Shown here one piece after another: positions 60,947 to 64,000 of a stretch of DNA of 64,000 nt; within the stretch, counting starts at the first letter, position 1, and each line of letters begins with the position of its first letter. The stretch covers positions 3,660 through 67,659 of the forward strand of contig CAYOFP010000002.1 of the NCBI GenBank assembly GCA_964403505.1, in the 5' to 3' direction. This DNA comes from an uncultured Lachnospiraceae bacterium (lineage in GTDB: Bacteria; Bacillota; Clostridia; Oscillospirales; CAG-272). Below the pieces are notes generated by a model, which was not told the origin of the DNA, made no database searches, and saw nothing but the letters and a program-made list of their open reading frames with translations. Made by a program: the position numbers and the translations under genes.

Positions 60947-61615
60947 ATGATAGATATAGATTCAATATTCAAATACAAGAAGTCAAATAAGGCGAAGCTC
61001 CTTTCATACGGCTTTACTTTTGACGGTAAAGGGTATGTGTATCAGAAAAATATTCTCGGCGGCGGTTATTTACTTACCGTCAGCGTCCGTAACGATAAGA
61101 TTGATTATAATGTCACCGATACACTCTTAGATGAGGAATATACCCTCATCAAGGTTTTGGGGGCGAGCGGAGCGTTTGTCGGCGATATGCGGCTCGAGTG
61201 TGAGAAGATATTGCGTGATGTCGCTGAAAAATGCTTTGACACTGATAAATTCAAGAGCGGACAGACGCAAAGGATCGTGAATTACATCCGTTGCGATCTC
61301 GGCGCAGAGCCCGAATATCTGTGGGATTCTTCACCCGATAGCGCTGTATTTCGTCACGATAGTAACGAAAAGTGGTTTGCTCTTATCATGAATATCGATC
61401 GAAGCAGAATTGATAAATCACAGCACGGTATGGTCGAGATAATCAATTTGAAGGCGTCAGCTGAAACTGTATCCGCTATTGTTGACGGCGAGCATTATTA
61501 TAAGGCGTACCATATGAACAAAAAATATTGGTATTCTGTGCCTCTTGACGGCACGCTCGACGATGATTCGATCATCGGGCGTATCGGGGTCAGTTATGAT
61601 CTGACTGAAAAATAA
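60947..61615 (+). CDS. MmcQ/YjbR family protein
   Basis: C-terminal pattern KWFALIMNI..VEIINLKA..YYKAYHMNKKYWYSVPLDG. Confidence 0.65.
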   Translation: MIDIDSIFKYKKSNKAKLLSYGFTFDGKGYVYQKNILGGGYLLTVSVRNDKIDYNVTDTLLDEEYTLIKVLGASGAFVGDMRLECEKILRDVAEKCFDTDKFKSGQTQRIVNYIRCDLGAEPEYLWDSSPDSAVFRHDSNEKWFALIMNIDRSRIDKSQHGMVEIINLKASAETVSAIVDGEHYYKAYHMNKKYWYSVPLDGTLDDDSIIGRIGVSYDLTEK

Positions 61616-61662
61616 AAAAGCGCTGTCGCAGGACGATGAAAATCGTTTGCGACAGCATTTTT
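61614..61662. terminator. Bidirectional rho-independent terminator
   Basis: GCTGTCGCA..ACGAT gaaa ATCGT..TGCGACAGC, flanked by A-runs and T-runs. It lies between convergent genes. Confidence 0.8.
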
Positions 61663-61664
61663 AT

Positions 61665-63458
61665 TTATTCTTCGCTTTTTGTGATTTCTATGCTCAATTC
61701 CTCGAGCGCCTTTGATTCTGCCTTTGTCGGGCATTTTGTCATAAGCTCCGAGGCGTTCTGTACCTTCGGGAAAGCGATAACATCTCTGATATCCTCGATG
61801 CCGAGCATAAGTGCGACCAAGCGGTCGAGTCCGAAAGCGAGCCCGCCGTGAGGGGGAGTGCCGTACTTGAAGGCTTCGAGCAGGAATCCGAATTTTTCCG
61901 TATATTCTTCCTCTTTCATGCCGAGCGCTGCAAACATAGCGTCCTGTATCTCGGGCGTGTGTATTCTGATAGAGCCGCCGCCTGCTTCCGTGCCGTTGAT
62001 TACGATATCATAAGCGACAGAGCGGACCTTTTCGGGCTCGTCTTTGAGATAACCGATATCCTCTTCCATCGGCATGGTGAAGGGGTGATGCATCGCCTTG
62101 TAGCGGTCGTTTTCTTCGTCATATTCGAGGAGCGGGAATTCCGTTATCCATAAGAGCTTGTAATTGAACGGGTCTGCGAGACCGAGCTTCTTTGCCACGT
62201 GACAGCGCAGTGCGCCGAGCGTATCGAAAACGACCTTGTTTTTGTCGGCGACGATAAGAATGAGGTCGCCCGACTCAAATCCCATAGCGCTGTATATCGC
62301 AGCGTTTTCCTCTTCGGTTAAGAATTTCGCATAGGACGATGATATCTCGCCGTTTACGTTCTTGCTCCATGCAAGGCCCTTTGCTTTGTATGTCTTTGCA
62401 AATTCCGTGAGCGCATCGATCTCTTTTCTCGAGAATTTGTCAGCGCCGCCCTTGATGTTGATACCACGGACAGAGCCGCCGTTCTCGATCGCACCTGCGA
62501 AGACCTTGAAGCCGCAGTTTTTGACCTCGTCGGAAATATTGGTTATCTCGAATCCGAAACGGAGATCAGGCTTGTCCGAGCCGTATTTTTCCATAGCCTC
62601 GGCGTATGTCATTCTCGGCAAAGGAAGCTCGAGGTCGATACCCTTAAATTCCTTAAATAATTTCTTGAGGAATCCCTCTGTCATATTGATCACATCATCC
62701 TGTGTGACAAACGACATTTCGAGGTCGATTTGCGTGAATTCAGGCTGTCTGTCCGCACGGAGATCCTCGTCTCTGAAACAGCGTGCGATCTGAATGTATC
62801 TGTCAAAACCCGATACCATAAGTAACTGCTTGTACAGCTGAGGCGATTGGGGAAGGGCGTAGAATTTACCCGGATGAACTCTCGACGGGACGAGGTAGTC
62901 CCGCGCGCCCTCGGGCGTCGGAGCGATCAGGTCGGGCGTTTCTATTTCGATAAATCCGTTGTCGGCATAGTAGTCCCGTGCGATTTTCGCTATTTTACTG
63001 CGTGCGATGATATTCTGCTGCATATCGGGGCGGCGCAGGTCGAGATAGCGGTGCTTTAAGCGTAATTCTGCATTGACTCGGCTGTCCTCTGTGATCTCGA
63101 ACGGGGGAGTGGCCGAGGAAGAAAGGATCTTTAATTCCTTCACATAGATCTCTACTTCACCTGTCGGGATGTTTTTATTGATTGCGCCCTCGCCGCGTGA
63201 ACGGACGGTACCCTTGGCGCAGAGAACGTATTCGGCTCTTATGCCGAACGCCGCATCGAAGATCTCCTTATCCGTGTCGGAATCGAAGGAGAGCTGTACG
63301 ATACCCGTTCTGTCACGAAGGTCGATGAAGATAAGAGAACCGAGGTCACGCTGCTTTTGGGCCCAGCCCATCACGCAGACATTTTTTCCGATATCATCTT
63401 TTGTGAGGGTGCCGCAGTAGTGTGTTCTTTTGTCGTTATTAGAAAGTAATACTCCCAT
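61665..63458 (-). CDS. aspS: Aspartate--tRNA ligase
   Basis: 597 aa with an OB-fold N-terminus, class II motifs (FRDEDLRADRQPEFTQID, GGGSIRIH, GLDRLV) and a GAD insertion. Confidence 0.97.
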   Translation of the reverse strand: MGVLLSNNDKRTHYCGTLTKDDIGKNVCVMGWAQKQRDLGSLIFIDLRDRTGIVQLSFDSDTDKEIFDAAFGIRAEYVLCAKGTVRSRGEGAINKNIPTGEVEIYVKELKILSSSATPPFEITEDSRVNAELRLKHRYLDLRRPDMQQNIIARSKIAKIARDYYADNGFIEIETPDLIAPTPEGARDYLVPSRVHPGKFYALPQSPQLYKQLLMVSGFDRYIQIARCFRDEDLRADRQPEFTQIDLEMSFVTQDDVINMTEGFLKKLFKEFKGIDLELPLPRMTYAEAMEKYGSDKPDLRFGFEITNISDEVKNCGFKVFAGAIENGGSVRGINIKGGADKFSRKEIDALTEFAKTYKAKGLAWSKNVNGEISSSYAKFLTEEENAAIYSAMGFESGDLILIVADKNKVVFDTLGALRCHVAKKLGLADPFNYKLLWITEFPLLEYDEENDRYKAMHHPFTMPMEEDIGYLKDEPEKVRSVAYDIVINGTEAGGGSIRIHTPEIQDAMFAALGMKEEEYTEKFGFLLEAFKYGTPPHGGLAFGLDRLVALMLGIEDIRDVIAFPKVQNASELMTKCPTKAESKALEELSIEITKSEE

Positions 63459-63460
63459 TG

Positions 63461-64000
63461 TTATATACCCGCTTTTTCCGTCATTATTTTTATTATGTCG
63501 TCGAGGTCGATTTCCTCTTGACTGCTTTCATCCATGTTTTTGAGCTGAGCTTTTCGGGTCTCGAGCTCGGTGTCGCCTATGATGAGGGTGTATTTCGCAC
63601 CGATCTTGTTTGCGTATTTCATCTGAGCCTTTAAGCTTCTTCCCATAAGGTCATAATCCGCATTGACGCCGCTTTCACGCAGCTCGGAGACTGTTTTTGC
63701 GGCGAAAAGCGATGCGTTCTCTCCCATCGGAGCGATATAAAGAAGCTGCCTTGTCTCATCTGTTATGTCAACGCCGGCTTCCTTCATTGCGAGAATGAGA
63801 CGTGTGATGCCGCAGGCAAAGCCGATACCGGGGAGCTCGGGTCCGCCGATATCCTTTGTCAGACCGTCGTACCTGCCGCCGCCGAGTATCGTCGACTGTG
63901 CGCCTATAACGGGGCAGATAAACTCAAAGACCGTTCTCGTGTAATAGTCGAGCCCTCTTACGATCTTCGGGTCGACCGTGTACTCGATCCCCATTGCATC
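63461..64000 (-). CDS. hisS: Histidine--tRNA ligase, C-terminal part (N-terminus lies beyond the window edge)
   Basis: RGLDYYTRTVFE, GGGRYDGL and a C-terminal anticodon-binding domain. The reading frame stays open to position 64000. Confidence 0.9.
   Translation of the reverse strand, partial: DAMGIEYTVDPKIVRGLDYYTRTVFEFICPVIGAQSTILGGGRYDGLTKDIGGPELPGIGFACGITRLILAMKEAGVDITDETRQLLYIAPMGENASLFAAKTVSELRESGVNADYDLMGRSLKAQMKYANKIGAKYTLIIGDTELETRKAQLKNMDESSQEEIDLDDIIKIMTEKAGI

Noticed and set aside
1-64000. CRISPR arrays, rRNA genes, transposases, integrases, and known phage or defence genes.
   Set aside because: I saw no regularly spaced direct repeats with unique spacers, no rRNA-like sequence, and no ORF with recombinase, transposase or defence-system motifs in any of the listed translations.

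Overview
The window looks like a chromosomal segment of a spore-forming Firmicute, probably Clostridia (Oscillospiraceae or Ruminococcaceae-like). This taxonomic call is inferred from gene content, GGAGG ribosome-binding sites (RBS) and the presence of sigG. About 64 protein genes and one tRNA can be supported.

Most of the content is housekeeping:
- ackA, purA, alaS, aspS and a partial hisS.
- der-plsY, rpmB, and yceD-rpmF.
- rpmG-secE-nusG-rplK-rplA.
- rnhA and coaX.

The largest functional block is an eight-gene minus-strand aromatic amino-acid operon (35355-43301). It covers every shikimate-pathway step plus pheA and tyrA.

Accessory content includes:
- Five fused permease/ATPase ABC exporter genes in three loci. 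One locus has a MarR regulator. Another has a LytTR response regulator and a sensor-less GHKL kinase.
- Two ECF sigma / membrane-protein pairs.
- A GH36 alpha-galactosidase.
- An AT-rich voltage-gated K+ channel gene next to tRNA-Leu.

I found no rRNA, CRISPR array, transposase, integrase or recognisable phage or defence genes.

The most interesting signals, all read directly from the sequence:
1. The aro operon has a near-consensus promoter followed by a roughly 330-nt leader. The leader holds a 20-codon mini-ORF (MKTNMTVFAYRYYFYFKNTK) with 7 Phe/Tyr in 9 consecutive codons. A hairpin plus U-tract terminator abuts the RBS of the first gene. This is a candidate ribosome-mediated Phe/Tyr attenuator, and it is preceded by a helix-closed structured domain I cannot assign.
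2. The first gene of that operon is a type I-beta DAHP-synthase homologue in which several hallmark catalytic motifs are substituted. An intact DAHP synthase lies at 316-1344.
3. An ECF sigma gene is translationally coupled to a 1592-aa single-pass membrane protein. Its exterior looks like a thioester-less alpha-2-macroglobulin.
4. An identical 21-nt operator-like palindrome sits at two ABC-exporter promoters 8.7 kb apart.
5. Several perfect long inverted repeats and palindrome clusters lie in intergenic DNA.

All family assignments come from motif recognition by eye. No database search was run.
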